A stretch of 64,000 bases of DNA from Phoronis australis (Eukaryota; Animalia; Phoronida): NCBI GenBank assembly GCA_002633005.1, contig NMRA01000128.1:26051-90050 (forward strand), written 5' to 3'. Positions 1 to 13,453 of this stretch are shown here, piece after piece. The stretch's first letter is position 1. Every line of letters starts with the position of its first letter. The notes under the pieces were generated by a model. That model saw only the letters and a list, made by a program, of their open reading frames with translations. It made no database searches and was not told the origin of the DNA. The translations under genes and the position numbers were made by a program.

Positions 1-80
1 TTTTTAATGAAATAAGAAACAAGTTCCTGAAATATAAACCAAAAGCTGACCAGCAAATTTGAAGTTGGGACCTGTCCTAC

Positions 81-275
81 CTTCTTCTGATACTCTTGTA
101 TCATTCTCTGAATGTGTTCATTCATAGACTGCTGTGCACTCTCTTCATTCCCCCGTTTTGAGGCTTTTTGGATGGCTTTCCTCTGTGACTTTTTGTACTT
201 CTCAATATCACGTTCGTGCAAATATTCACACCTCTCTTTTTCAAACTCGTGTTTTTCTGTGCTGCTAGTCTTCAG
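81..275 (-). CDS. PLCB: PLC-beta exon, CTD coiled coil (LKTSSTEKHEFEKERC...MIQEYQKK)
   Basis: tttgtag acceptor, gtagga donor, 195 nt open in phase 0, charged helical sequence; phase fits the preceding exon. Confidence 0.75.
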
Positions 276-1922
276 CTACAAATAGTAAGTTCTATGCACA
301 CTACTAAAAATCAGTTCAGGTTATCTCAAACCTTATTCACAAAAATTGGTCATTTTTACAATATTTCATGTGTCTAGCAAAATACCTTATCTTTATTCTC
401 GTGGAACTTCAAACACAAAATATATATACTGTGTAGCGAGAAAAAAGATTTAGCAGAAGCATTTGGAACCACACAACCACATGCAAATTTGTTTACTACT
501 TATCCGAGGTCAAAGATTACAGGGCTGTCACTAAAATCGAATCTCCTGCCCGGAGGTACAGAGCAGCTTCGTACGTAGCCTCAGTCCTTTTATTCACCGA
601 GTCACCACAATATTGAGTCAACAAGGTGTACTTATGATAGTACAGTGCCGGGGAAACAAAGACAAAAATGCATACGACCACTGAGAACGAATGTTACGAG
701 TCGCCTCACGCCTTTGTGGTCACGAACACACCAAGTTTAGTTGAGAAAAGCGATATATCCTCACCCAAATTCCTGAATTCAATAAGTAATTTGACACTTC
801 GCTGTTTCGATATCACGCTAACGACATGCTTTAACCACCGACTCGATTTCTGTTATCCATTTTTTACCTAGTTTCGCATCAGTCTCTCCCGGCACGTGAT
901 ATGTATAGACTGTGTGTATCAATAAACTGTGACCTACTTTTAATTAGGTGAAACAACAAAAACAGTTGATCCCACCTCTTGGCTGGTTATATTGACAACA
1001 AATTTTCATCAAATAATTAACCGAAGACTTTGAGATTTCAACTTGTCCCGACTTAATTTAAACATAGAAACATGAGTTCTTGAAAACGGCCAGGTAGATT
1101 TCGCTGAAACTTTCCAAACTTAATATTTATTCATCAATCACAAAACTGCTGTTAGGATTTTTGATATAAAGGCCTAATTTCTGTGTAATGTAACAAAGAC
1201 GAATATGAATTCTATTTTTTACAAAAATCCCTTACATTTTCTGAGTTGATTTGTCATTGAAACCAAATGAAAAGACTAATTGAAAATTCCTAACAGAGTT
1301 GAGGTAACTGGTGAAGTTTTCATTTAAAAAGGTTTCGTTAAAACGACTGGGGGGAGGGTTATTTTTGCTATGAATGTACCTTCTTAAAAATGAAATTTTG
1401 ACTGAAAAAAGGTGTTAATGTAATAATAATAATGATACATAAATACAAAACATATTTTGTGTTCCTGATTTTTTTCTTTCAGAAAATATATACTTTGAGT
1501 ATTTTTTAATATACGAGTTAGAATGGAGACCACTAAATAGGGTTTGAGATAAGCTTAAACAACTGTTGCCACTTGGAGACAATAGCAAGAGCAAAGCAAA
1601 GTGTTTGTGGCTCCCATACTGCACCACAACCAATACTCAGCGAGTAGAATGAGTCAAAATCATTGGCACTGCCATTTTTGTAAACTGACCGTCCACAGCT
1701 CGCAGGTCATTTACGATTATTGTTGGAGAGGAAAGACTTATTGAAATTATTTATAGCTTTGACCATGGCTATAAGACAATAACATTCATTGCTTTTAGTG
1801 ATTTTCATAACAAATCACCAATTCATGCTGATGTTTGCCACTGACGTCTGCCAGACATTTGCTGAAATTAAGGTTTGTGATTTTACCAGTTACATAAATG
1901 GTTAAAATACAATGTCACGTAT

Positions 1923-1999
1923 GGTGTGTGATTTAGCTCATCAGCAGAGCACGTGACTGTAAGCGTGAAGGTCCTCACGTCAAATCTGTGCTCATGCCA
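1923..1999 (+). pseudogene. Degenerate tRNA-like sequence (tRNA pseudogene or SINE head)
   Basis: TAGCTCA..AGAGC A-box/D-arm, CTGTAAG loop, GGTC, TCAAATC B-box-like, ends tcatgCCA; stems are imperfect. Confidence 0.4.
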
Positions 2000-2225
2000 C
2001 TTTAAGCAACAATGCATTGTCAGCTAAATCGGCGGAGAACCAGAAATAAATTCTAAATTCGATCAGGAATAAACAGACACTCATTTAACTAGTAATATTT
2101 AACTAAAATATTCAGTGTTTGACACCTAACATTGTCAAAATCAGGTGTTCTGTTAGAAGCAGTCAGAAAGAAGATGGAAAACTCACAGCATTTCATACAA
2201 CTTGTCAGAAGAACACAGTAATTAC

Positions 2226-2341
2226 CTTTCCATGTTTTTTCCAGATATGTTCAGTTTCCTTGAACAGTTTTGTTTTCAACCTCTTGAGAATCTTATGGTC
2301 CTTCAACTCATCCAAAGGTGTTGGCTTAGCAAGTTCAAGTT
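2226..2341 (-). CDS. PLCB: PLC-beta exon, start of distal CTD (LELAKPTPLDELKDHKILKRLKTKLFKETEHIWKKHGK)
   Basis: ttatttcag acceptor, gtaat donor, 116 nt (phase 1-0); resembles the PLCB 'LeeLK..K..K..KE...KKH.K' helix. Confidence 0.85.
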
Positions 2342-4480
2342 CTGAAATAACAGGCGTCAAATCATATGTTAAACAAAGAAATTATCAGAGTTTGTCCCAC
2401 CCCCTTGGTCATTGCGAGGACCTTCTCCCATTCAGTGACTTTAGGTAAAGGGTTGTGAGCATGTGATAGCATCTAGCTTCTTTGTTAACTGCCAAGCACA
2501 CTTTTTTGTCAGGTATGACAACAGGCAGGCCAATTATCTACCAGGCTTATTACAGACCATAATAAAACCCAGAGCGAATTGACAGGTTCTGGAAAGACTA
2601 GATAGTCATAACTTCGGTTGTAGTTGAGCGATTGAGGCCCTTCAAAAACTAAACATGATCAGCATTTGACGGAAAATTCAGAAATGCTATTGGTTTATGT
2701 TCAAATATGTTAAAATTTAACTTTAATTTTTAACGGCACAGCCCAGTCAGGCGATACGGTCTTATTGGAGATTAGAGCAATTATCGAACAAAAGAGAGCT
2801 GGCCCTCCAACCATCAATGCCAGAATAGAGTTAATCAGTTGTGTAAGATATTGGCTAAGGGTCATCTTCCCGACTTGTTGTTGGACTATAGAATCAAACA
2901 AGTTGGGAGCAACGAGAAAACGCCGTAATGATGACCGATTGTAAAGCTGCGATCGTCACCAACAGTTCAGATTGATTCTGATCCATTTCCAAAATGTTGT
3001 AAGTTGCCTTTGGCTAGTAAAAACAAAACTGTACTGGCGGAAATCAAGCTTAAGAGCTAATGAGTGGATTTCTTTAACCTCTAGTTTTCCTTAAAGCCGT
3101 CCCCCCACCCCATCCCTGAGTTACAGACAACAAAACTAGAGCTTTCAAAGTTCTGAAAGTTAAAAAGGAGCAATCAATTTGTGTCAAGTTTTAGGCGTGT
3201 CCAGCATAACCATGCAGTCTGCAATGAGAAGGTCACTGACTTTCAAACAAATGGGATTCAGTCAGTGGAAAATAAACAGGGTGAAATCTTAGAGAAACCT
3301 TACAGCAGTACACCCAAATATGATGTCCAAATTTGGACGGTCATCCTGGGCTAACATGGCTTCCAAAGTTTGAATAATTGCTAATAATCAAGTTACAAAA
3401 ACTTTCTAAATGCAGTTCCATGCTTTCTAGAATATTCTTTGTTTTTTTACTAAATAACTCAACGACAGAACTGCAAGGCTGATCACATTGCTTATAACTG
3501 TCCACAAATAAAGTTTTTAAGTACACAATCCCTAGTTTTTGGTCGGAGTATTGGTTGCTAAAAACATTTCATTTATTTATTAAGTTCGAAATAGGTTGAA
3601 AAGACCTACAGACGGTAAAAAGCACTGGTATCTTACTCAGACAAATACCATTCTTCTCTTACTCGCTACACTCAACAACTCAACAGGTACACTTGTCTCA
3701 CTTCACCAGTTCTGCGAGGTCAACCAGCTAAGACAACTTATGAGTTTTTTATGACAACTTCTGGCTTTTAAACCAAGCCAAGCCATTGTCCATGCACGAT
3801 TACGTAACTGCAAATTTGAAAAAATATTTCCCTTCACTCCTATACACTGTTTAGAGTCAAACTCATTGTTCAAGTCCACTGAAAAGAACAGTAAATTGGC
3901 AACTACCAAAACCTGCTCACCACTCTGTGCTAACATTTTATGATAGTGAAAGGTTTATGTCAGTCAGAGAGCTTGATAGATGTGCTGCATCTAAGAAATT
4001 CTCAAAAGATGCAAAAATGACATTTATTTCACATTCTGTAGTAAAAGTGAAGTTCGGTTTGCTACACAGCGGCCCTGATTAAAAGTCGGTGAAACGCAGA
4101 TTAAATAAACCCACCACTGTTCTTAGCGGCCTAAAATCAAAAGTAAAAATTGATTATTTTACAGCAGTCCATATAATTTTGGAACATCAGTTGAATTGAC
4201 ATTTTTACAACTTTTCATTTGAGAAAAAGGCATTTTGTCACATGAAAAAAATTCCTATTGTAGACACTTAAATTAGAATACATTTTTTAATTGATTCCAA
4301 GCTAATAACCTGACTCCCAATTGTAACGGAATATCCAGGGCCTAAATTTAATTAATTGACTGCTCTTCAGATCAAGGGAATGCTTTAACCGGTAAGTACA
4401 TTTTCTCACAACCGAGTCGTCATTTAAACATCTTTTGCTGTCTATAGATTAAAAACTACTAATCTAACAATCCGTGAAAA

Positions 4481-5530
4481 ACAAGAGCAACGCAAAGCAT
4501 CGAAATGCGAACTCGGCTGCACTGCAAACCGTATGCTTCAAGAGGTGTTTTTAGTATTGTGGCGACAAGGGGGCGCAGCACAATCTGGAACAAGGAAAGC
4601 GCTGATGTCTCCTTAGTAGAAACTTACTTGACAAATTTCGCAAACATACAGGTAGATCAAGGAACTTGGTAGCTATAGAGCTATATGCAAAGAAAACAAA
4701 CCGCCACAAGGGGACAACAGAGTAGTTGTATTCATCTCGAAATAAACTTCAGATGCACTCTCCTCAATTGTAACACATACCGTAGTACACAAATTCCATG
4801 AAGGTCAGTCAAGAAAACAAATAGTAGACAGTGAGGTAAGGGAAAATACAATTTGCCACCAGAGGGCACCACAATAGTTGGACCCATGCTGCATAAATAA
4901 TCACTAGCTGATGCAGCTAGAATACGTTGAATTTTTCCAACAATCAAGAGGAGTCGTTGCCTCCTTAACAGAAAAATATATTTGCCAAATTTGATGAAAA
5001 TCCACCAAGAAATAGTAGATTGAGGCTTCTGAAAGCAAATTTTAATCACCACTAGGGGGTGCCACAATAGTTCAAACCACAAGAAAATCAAGGTCAGAAG
5101 TGCTCATCTCAATACACATCTTTGAAATTTCATAATGAACTTTCAAGCGATTTGACAGATAAAGAGGCAAACACCAAAAAGAGATGCAATAACAGTAAAA
5201 ATGGCCACTAGGGAGTTCATATTACATGGAGTCTGTCCAAAACTAGGAGTGTATTGTTGCCTCTATAATAGAAACCTATTTGCCAAATATCACAAAAATG
5301 AGTCATATATGAGTTTAGTAGATATAGAGGCTTAGAAGAGCAAAACGATTAAAATTGCCACTAGGAGGCACAGCAGTGGTTGTATCAGTTCAGAAGTTCA
5401 CTCATGCCATCCTATCCATCATAGGAATATGTCTGCAAAATTTATGAATACCGTAGCAAGATACCAGATGGTGAAGGAAAGGAAATGACGGCATAATGTG
5501 CCCACACAGATGTGTGAGTGTGTGTGTATG
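4481..5530 (+). mobile_element. Decayed Helentron-like (HINE) element with CCACTAG core repeats
   Basis: Starts ACAAGAGCAACGC and ends ATGACGGCATAATGTGCCCACA, like the intact 55240-57223 copy; internal tgccaccagagggcac and ccactagggggtgcc motifs. Confidence 0.7.
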
Positions 5531-6856
5531 TGCCCAAGTGTTTGTGCGTGTGCGTGTACAAGTTTGTGTATAATCAAACCCAATGCTCCTGTAAACACAC
5601 CACACCACACTGCTTTGCCCACACGGAAAGTACCATCACAAGCCAACAGATGTCAGAGCACAATGGTGTTCATTAACCGGTGACTCACACGCTTCATAGC
5701 AAGAGAATTAAGGTGAAAAGACATGTATGTCTAAAACACTTTTCAGACATGATCTTGATTTTAGCAAGACAGTTTCGTACTAAAGGTAAACAAAACAAAA
5801 AATTTTTCTCAAAGGTCTTTGGACTTAATATTTTTATAGAAATTTAACAACAGTGCCATCTACAGGAACAAGTGAAACCATAAGTTGGTTAATATAAGGA
5901 GACATAGCCGGAATAGTCAACTCATGACAACTTGTAAGCGGGCACCTAATTGTACGGATATAAAATTTTCCTTGTCCAAGAATTCACCAACGTCATTATA
6001 AAAACATTTTGGTGATAAAATTTAAGTGCAGGTGGCGCTTACAGATCGCAAAACGTTGTTCTAAAAACATTTTGGTTACGAGACTTAAGTGCAAGTGTCC
6101 CTTGCAGACACATGCCATTGTGAAAGTTTCAGTCACTGACATGGTGGCATCAACACCTAGCAGGTGAACGACATTAAACTTGACATGTGTTATGCAATCA
6201 TACCTACCAAGGAACACAAATACATAGTCATCCTCTAAAGGAACAAAACAAGTTAAAAGAAACTGATAAGCCATTGACAACATCAATGTATCATAAATTG
6301 ATTTATGTATCAAAATACAGAATTGGTGTAACTAATATATGCCCAGATTAAGTGCACAAAAATGGAACTTGTCAGTGAGATATAAGAATAGAAAAAATAA
6401 AGAAAACATGTGTAACTAATCTGGGTCCAGATAAAATACATAAAAATGAAACTTGTCAGTGAGATATATGATTAGCAAAAATACAGAAAACATTATTGTG
6501 TAACTAATATGTGTGTAGGCTAAATACATGGAAATGAAACTTGTCAGTAAGATAGAAAAAATGCTTCCGAAACCTTTCATAAGTTAGTAATATTTCTAAG
6601 CATGACTCTCAGAGTGTTTGTATAATCAATACATAAAAAGATCTAAATGGTAGTCCTCGCTCCCTGTTTTAGCATTTAGATGCAGTCTAGTCAGTTATGT
6701 ATCAATTACAAGAGAGGTGTAAAAAGGTTATAACCAGGGCTTCAATATCAACTATCAAAAATTTTCATTATGTTTTTGATTCATCAGTATAACAGACATA
6801 TCAAAAAAGTTTCAATACCAACTGATCACTAAGACAACACATAATAGAGTACTTAC

Positions 6857-6934
6857 TTGTTACCCTGTCGATTGCTACCTGTGATGGTAAAATAGTAGTC
6901 TGACCATTTTCTTGGCCTGGAAACGAACTTACTC
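6857..6934 (-). CDS. PLCB: Probable PLC-beta linker exon, duplicate copy (VSSFPGQENGQTTILPSQVAIDRVT)
   Basis: ttttcag/gtaagt ends, 78 nt, symmetric phase 1-1, fits between the 11029 and 2341 exons. Confidence 0.55.
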
Positions 6935-7562
6935 CTGAAAAGTTATAAGAAACAACAATTTAGTCATTTTGATATGGTTTCTAATGCCTTTAATCTGATT
7001 TTTTTCACCAGACTTCAGATTTCAGCTTTTGACAATCATTAAGCTAGCATTTAATGACTGCTTGATCAAAAGGTTATTATTACAGTTATCTGTCGCTATT
7101 ATAAACAAACTAGAGGACATCAATTGCACGCCTTGTCACCAAGTACCATAGTACACGATGTCTCATTATAGACTTAATCATTTCTCACCTGAGCAAGATC
7201 TTTGCTATAAGATTTAGCAAATAATAAACCGACAATAAAAATACTTAACCAGGAGGGCAACCAAAGTAAAGGATGCTGAGATTGGGTGCAATTTTCCATT
7301 ATTGGTATACTTTCAGGTGGCGTTTTCACAACTCGGATATATAAATTTGGCATGCCTTTTCAGATTGATTATCAAAATGGAATGGAAGATTAAGAGTTTT
7401 ACTTGGTAAATATTTCAGTCAGCGATGAAGGTTAGCAACTGAACCTCAAACTTCACTAAGATACCTTGGGATCCAGACAGGAGGATGGGGTATAATTTGA
7501 GTAGAATTTTTTAAGATGAGATACAAATATGTGTCATGCTTTAAGGTAATTGTCAACCTTAA

Positions 7563-7713
7563 AGGCGAAGGCAACCTTTTTCCATGTCATTTTGAGCTAA
7601 AATAAGGTTGGTTGGTTATCCTAGACATATTTTTCACTTAATTACAGCTTTTCGTAATTTTATTAATTATTCGTCCGCTTTTCCGGAAGTGACGTTTTAG
7701 GAGGCAAGCGCTT
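7563..7713 (+). mobile_element. Left end of a Kolobok-like MITE (same family as 29864-30738), truncated at the N
   Basis: TTAA|AGGCGAAGGCAACCTTTTT matches the 29864 terminus; empty TTAA site at 9128-9131 in the sister block. Confidence 0.8.
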
Positions 7714-8440
7714 NAATAAAGGAAAACGTGTGTAACTAATCTGGGTCCAGATAAAATACACAAAAATGGAACTTGTCAGTGAGATATAAGAATAGAAAAA
7801 ATAAAGGAAAACGTGTGTAACTAATCTGGGTCCAGATTAAGTGCACAAAAATGGAACTTGTCAGTGAGATGTAAGAATAGAAAAAATAAAGGAAAACGTG
7901 TGTAACTAATCTGGGTCCAGATAAAATACACAAAAATGGAACTTGTCAGTGAGATGTAAGAATAGAAAAAATAAAGGAAAACGTGTGTAACTAATCTGGG
8001 TCCAGATAAAATACACATAAATGAAACTTGTCAGTGTGATATATGAATAGAAAAAATACAGAAAACATTATTGTGTAACTAATATGTGTGTAGGTTACAT
8101 ACATGGAAATGAAACTTGTCAGTAAGATATATGTATAGAAAAAAAGCTTCAAATAACCTTTCATAAGTTATTAATATTTCTAAGCATGACTCTCAAAGTG
8201 TTTGTATAATCAATACATAAAAAGAGCTAAATGGTAGTCCTCGCTTCCTGTTTTAGCATTTAGATACAGTCTAGTCAGTTATGTATCAGTTACAAGAGTG
8301 GTGTAAAAAGGTTATAACCAGGGCATCGACATCAACTATCAAAAATTTTCATTCTGTTTTTGATTCATCAGTATAACGGACATAGCAAAAAAGTTTCAAT
8401 ACCAACTGATCACTAAGACAACACATAATAGAGTACTTAC

Positions 8441-8518
8441 TCGTTACCCTGTCGATTGCTACCTGTGATGGTAATGTAGTAGTCTGACCATTTTCTTGGC
8501 CTGGAAACGAACTTACTC
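8441..8518 (-). CDS. PLCB: Probable PLC-beta linker exon (VSSFPGQENGQTTTLPSQVAIDRVT)
   Basis: ctttgcag/gtaagt ends, 78 nt, phase 1-1, open reading. Confidence 0.6.
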
Positions 8519-10025
8519 CTGCAAAGTTATAAGAAACAACAATTTAGTATTTTGCTATGATTTCTAATGCCTTTAATCTGATTTTCACCAGATTTCAGCT
8601 TTTGACAATCATTAAGCTAGCATTTAATGACTGCTTGATCAAAAGGTTATTATTACAGTTATCTGTCACTATTATAAACAAACTAGAGGACAACAATTGC
8701 ATGCCTTGTCACCAAGTACCATAGTACACGATGTCTCATTATAGACTTAATCGTTTCTCACCTGAGCAAGATCTTTGCAATAAGATTTAGGAAATAATAA
8801 ACAGACAATAAAAATACTTAACCAGGAGGGCAACCAAAGTAAAGGATGCTGAGATTGGGTGCAACTTTCCATTATTGGTATACTTTCAGGGCGTTTTCAC
8901 AACTTGGATATAAATTTGGTATGCCTTTTCAGATTGACTATCAAAATGGGATGGAAGATTAAGAGTTTTACTTGGTAAATATTTCAGTCAGCTATGTAGG
9001 TTAGTAACTGAACCTCAAACTTCACTAAGATACCTTGGGATTCAGACAGGAGGATGGGGTATAATTTGAGTAGAATTTTTTGAGATGAGATACAAATATA
9101 TGTCATGCTTTAAGGTAATTGTCAGCCTTAATGAAGTCCTTTGATATACCATAAAATAGCTTTTTAACTCCTATTTTTAACCTTTAAGTTCTAAAGATCA
9201 GTTAGGTTTTTAAACTTGAAATTTTTGTGTTTTCTTCAGTGTATTTGATTTTTTCATTGATTAAGATGTTGATTAAAGCGTTTTGCGACAGACTTGCAAA
9301 ACGGTCCACAGGCAAGTCTAGAATGTGCCTAATTGGCAAGACTAAGGTGTGAAATTGCAAGTTGATGTGCCTGCCATTCCTTCAAATCATCTTCATTTCA
9401 ACTCCAGACATTGCTACCCAGTCTCAAAACCACTGCCAACAACAATGAGTCCTGGGATAAATTCCAAAATCAACATTTCCCGTGGTCTATTCACTTTTCT
9501 AGCTCTTGCGAACATGACCTGTTCATGCAAAGTGACACGTGCCTTTTTATTGGCTTAGAAAACATTACAGTAACTCGCAAATATTCAGCTCCGCAGACCA
9601 GTTAAGCAAGCATTGATCGGCCACCTTTTTGACAAGAAAGTGACAGAAGTTCAATTGTTTACAGCCACGGATCATAAAGGTGCAAGCCATGGTTTATTCA
9701 GTAACAGATCTTTGATTTATTGCAGAAAAATAGAAGCCTTTAATAGTAAAATTTTTTTGTAATTTAGTCAAATGGTGCTGCTGCCTGATCTGTCCCGATT
9801 ATCTCCGTTCGTGTTTTTGGGATACCTGTTTTGGGGTTTTGCTTATTTCTTTGGAAACCAGTCCAATTATTTCTAAAATCTGTGTTAATCAGTCATCAAG
9901 CCTAGAACAATCGCATGTTAGAATTTTTCTTTTAATTTTTTATTTATTTATGAACCGTTAAAGTTATAAGAATAGTCACCAATTTGTTTTTAAAATGCCA
10001 AGAACATGCTAAAAAACAAAAATAA

Positions 10026-10310
10026 AGACAAGCATTTGTTGTATTTGTACTTAACATGTACAGTACAACTGTTTCAAATAAAGACAAACATTTGTTGTAT
10101 TTGTACTTAACATGTACAATACAACTGTTTCAAATATAGACAAACATTTGTTGTATTTGTACTTAACATGTACAATACAACTGTTTCAAATATAGACAGA
10201 CAAACATTTGTTGTATTTGTACTTAACATGCACAATACAACTGTTTCAAATTTAGACAAACATTTGTTGTATTTGTACTTAACATGTACAATACAACTGT
10301 TTCAAATATA
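10026..10310. repeat. Minisatellite, ~56-60 bp x5
   Basis: agacaaacatttgttgtatttgtacttaacatgtacaatacaactgtttcaaatat repeated. Confidence 0.95.
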
Positions 10311-11028
10311 CCTCAACAAAAATGAAAAAGATAGATTTTAGATCACTTTTTGATGTTCCAAAGGTTGTAAAATTTTCATTATCGTTCAAACCACTATTAA
10401 AATTGTAGAAAAGTGTGTGAAAATCTCATGGATTGAAAGCAGAGGGAACTATACAAAACATAAAATGGATCTTTGTTTCAGGCATTTAAGGTAATACATT
10501 TTCCCAGTTGATAAATGGCAGAGCACTTTAACCATAGTTAACTGGTAATGTCATTGGTCTTGATTTCTGTGAATGTTTGGCAGAAAACAGCAACGAGTTT
10601 TGTATTAAAATCACAACAAACAATGCTCTGGTCCGTTGTGCAATGGAAAAACAAAAATCAGAAACATGGTTCCCTCGGCTATTATCTGCAAAATAAGTAT
10701 ACCACATTTCTTGCACATTGACCAAGGCACGAAAGAGTAAATCAATGTTCAAAAGGTTTGAAAATATTCCCCATAGATTTTCTGCCAAGTGGTTCCAAAC
10801 ACCTCGTATAGTGGCACATAAATCGTGTGTAAAGTTAATGCTTTTAGTACCAAGGAAAAGCACATACAGAAACTGTTATTCACTATGCAAACATGGAATT
10901 TTTCAAATACATCCATGAGGGCAGGCAATTAACATAAAATGTTCGGATTTGGAAGGTCAGCTACAACCCTAACCTTTAAAGATGACCGACTCCCAAGTTT
11001 CACCCGTCAAATCAAACTTCCATCCTAC

Positions 11029-11263
11029 CTGATCCACCCGACGCTTGTGAAAATGACGACATATTGCTGTCTTGTTGACCCAGGGCCATGTGACCCACAG
11101 AGATTGCACGGCCTGTGAGTCCGTTGGGTGCTTTTTCAACAATAGGCTCTTTGTCACTCCTATCAATTTTGAAAAACAAAGACTGAGACCGCTGTTGAAA
11201 TGTGATCTTAGTGTTTTCTGCCATGTTTGGCTGCAGTATCACGGTGTTTGGTTCTGTCTCCTC
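11029..11263 (-). CDS. PLCB: Probable PLC-beta CTD-linker exon (EETEPNTVILQPNMAENTK...SQASGGS)
   Basis: gattttag acceptor, gtagga donor, 235 nt open (phase 0-1); low-complexity linker, no conserved motif. Confidence 0.6.
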
Positions 11264-11675
11264 CTAAAATCAAAGCCATGAATATGAATAATAAGTACAG
11301 CATCAACAACAACATCCCAATATTTAAACAATACTTTTTTCTTTTTTATTAGTTTTCAAATAGTACTCAGGCTCGTAACAACTGACAGCTGAAGTATGGT
11401 AAAGTGAATCAGCAAAAGACATTTTATTCAGCAGACGACATTTAGTAACACTGTTATCTCTAATTTTGAAATATTCCGTTGGAAAATTCAAACACACAAT
11501 GCAAACCGTAGCTCAAACAGTGCTACTTACTAACAAAATAGCATTTCCTTAAGGCTTATTTTTTGTTCAGAAATTTAACAAACTGGAATTTTATCACATC
11601 GTGAGCTTAACAGTTGAAAATATACCATAAATATAAACCAAGACATATTTCTAAATTTCTAAAAACAACACTAAC

Positions 11676-11767
11676 TTCCACATCAAAATCTTCGGTAAGG
11701 ACAGCAAGTTGCTGAGCATGCTTTTCGAGAAGATGCGCAATTGGATTCGCAAGAGCGTCAGCAAAAT
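11676..11767 (-). CDS. PLCB: PLC-beta exon, proximal CTD helix-turn-helix (DFADALANPIAHLLEKHAQQLAVLTEDFDVE)
   Basis: ALxNPI Galpha-q-binding motif; atttcag/gttag ends; 92 nt, phase 1-0. Confidence 0.92.
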
Positions 11768-13453
11768 CTGAAATACAAGAAACACAATTCGATACACTAA
11801 AGTGAAATAAGACAAGAATCTTGACATTTCAGAGGGAATATACTTTTTGATTTGGTAACGATACCACAAAACTTCAGTTTAAAGTTTTGCGAAAGAAACT
11901 GGACCTATCTATAATCTGATGGTATGATTCGAATGCATTTCTAAACAATTTGATACCACCTTAATATGTAAGATTGAGATTAATAATTCCTGAAACCTGA
12001 ACTTTTACCAAGTAAGTTCTGAAACTGTCAATCGGACCGAAACACCAGATTATTAATTCCAGAAAATAACAATTATCCATTTGACATGAGCAATGACACA
12101 GGTACTACGTCTTATTATAACAGTGATTCTACAGCTGACACGCTTTTGCATTGTGCCACTTACAGACACACTTTCCGTTAAAACACTTGTTTATTTTGTT
12201 TGACATCTATAAGCATCAACTAAAGTTTCAAAATGTTGTTAGAGAAAGCAAAATATGCCAAAAAGGCCAAAACTTCAAAAAGGCAAAATTGCCATTGTAA
12301 ACTGTTATGCCAAGTCCGAGCTCCAGGTATTCACACTAGTAATGACTAGAGAGCAAACAGGTGTATCATCACATATAAACACTACAGAGGAAAGGAGCGC
12401 ATTGCGCCATGCTTTCAGTTTCTGGTTTGACCCTTATGTCAGAAATCTGGTGACTAACGAAATGATTTTTTGTACCACATATAAGCATCAATTCAGTGAA
12501 CACAACCAAGAATATATCCAGCTTCATTCAAAGGATTTTCCATTTAGGGTTTTGAATCTCCAAATTAAACAATTTTCTACATAAATTTCACATATGTTTC
12601 TAAGACTATTGAATATCATCAAATTCTAACGAACAACCCAACAAAATGCAATCCAATGGCTACGTTTCAAAGATGATGCCGCATGTGCCATATTGCTGCC
12701 GAGAGCTTGAGGAGTCTTCAGAGATGAGATGTAACTAGGGATGCGTTTTCCTCTAAGCAAGTCCACAAACACATACGGTCCTGATACAGACGTTAGCAAT
12801 GTCACTAAACATACACTCTTTATATACCTTTTATCTAGTTCTCAAGGTCAGCAGAAAACAATGACCCTCACGTAACTTCAGCCATGTCAGAAAGTCGTGA
12901 CAGAATGGTTAGACTAATTGTTGACTCTGGCTGGTAATGACATAAATCAAGACTTAGACTGAGGTAAAGTTTCTCCCTAAACAATGGCTTGCTATTCATA
13001 GTGAGATAATGCAGAACTAATTACTAAACACCTGCTAAAACTGTATGCCAATGAGTAATTTCACAAACATTTATGTTTAGGAAGAAACTTTTGAATGTCA
13101 TGCCACGACAGCAGGGGAGCGTAAATGCAGAACACCAAAAGAGACATGGAGATGACCTCCTAAGCGTGAAATGCATCATCACGGCCTCACCTGAAATTGC
13201 GCAAACCATTAAGCACAAGACTGACGGCAGAGGCGTCCTCTTGTGGGGCCTCAGGCACCACAAAAGGACTATGATAAACTTTCTCCAACTTGGGACACAG
13301 AAACTCCTTCAAACATTGAATTTCTTCATTCTGGAATTTGGGACGAGGATAATTTTGGCGTTCACCATACTTCTCAAATTTAGGGCGAATCTACATATTA
13401 GAGGGCAATTCTTCTCAATACCAGTAATTCTTGAAATTGCAGGGACTGCCAAT

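Larger units (their letters stand above)
6326..9131. repeat. Local duplication (~6326-7562 vs ~7890-9131) with an 85-bp tandem repeat (6326-6540; 7715-8130)
   Basis: Near-identical ~1.2 kb blocks separated by a single N at 7714; unit gtgtaactaatctgggtccagataaaatacacaaaaatggaacttgtcagtgag... Confidence 0.9.

Noticed and set aside
1923-1999. Functional tRNA gene
   Set aside because: The D-loop GG and T-loop GTTC are mutated and the stems are mismatched; kept only as a pseudogene or SINE head.
5402-5683. Cys/His/Thr-rich ORFs
   Set aside because: Translations of a degenerate (TG)n microsatellite at the end of a HINE copy.
12640-12755. Exon-like open stretch on the minus strand
   Set aside because: Open only in phase 2, whereas the surrounding intron is phase 1; no clear donor and no PLC similarity.
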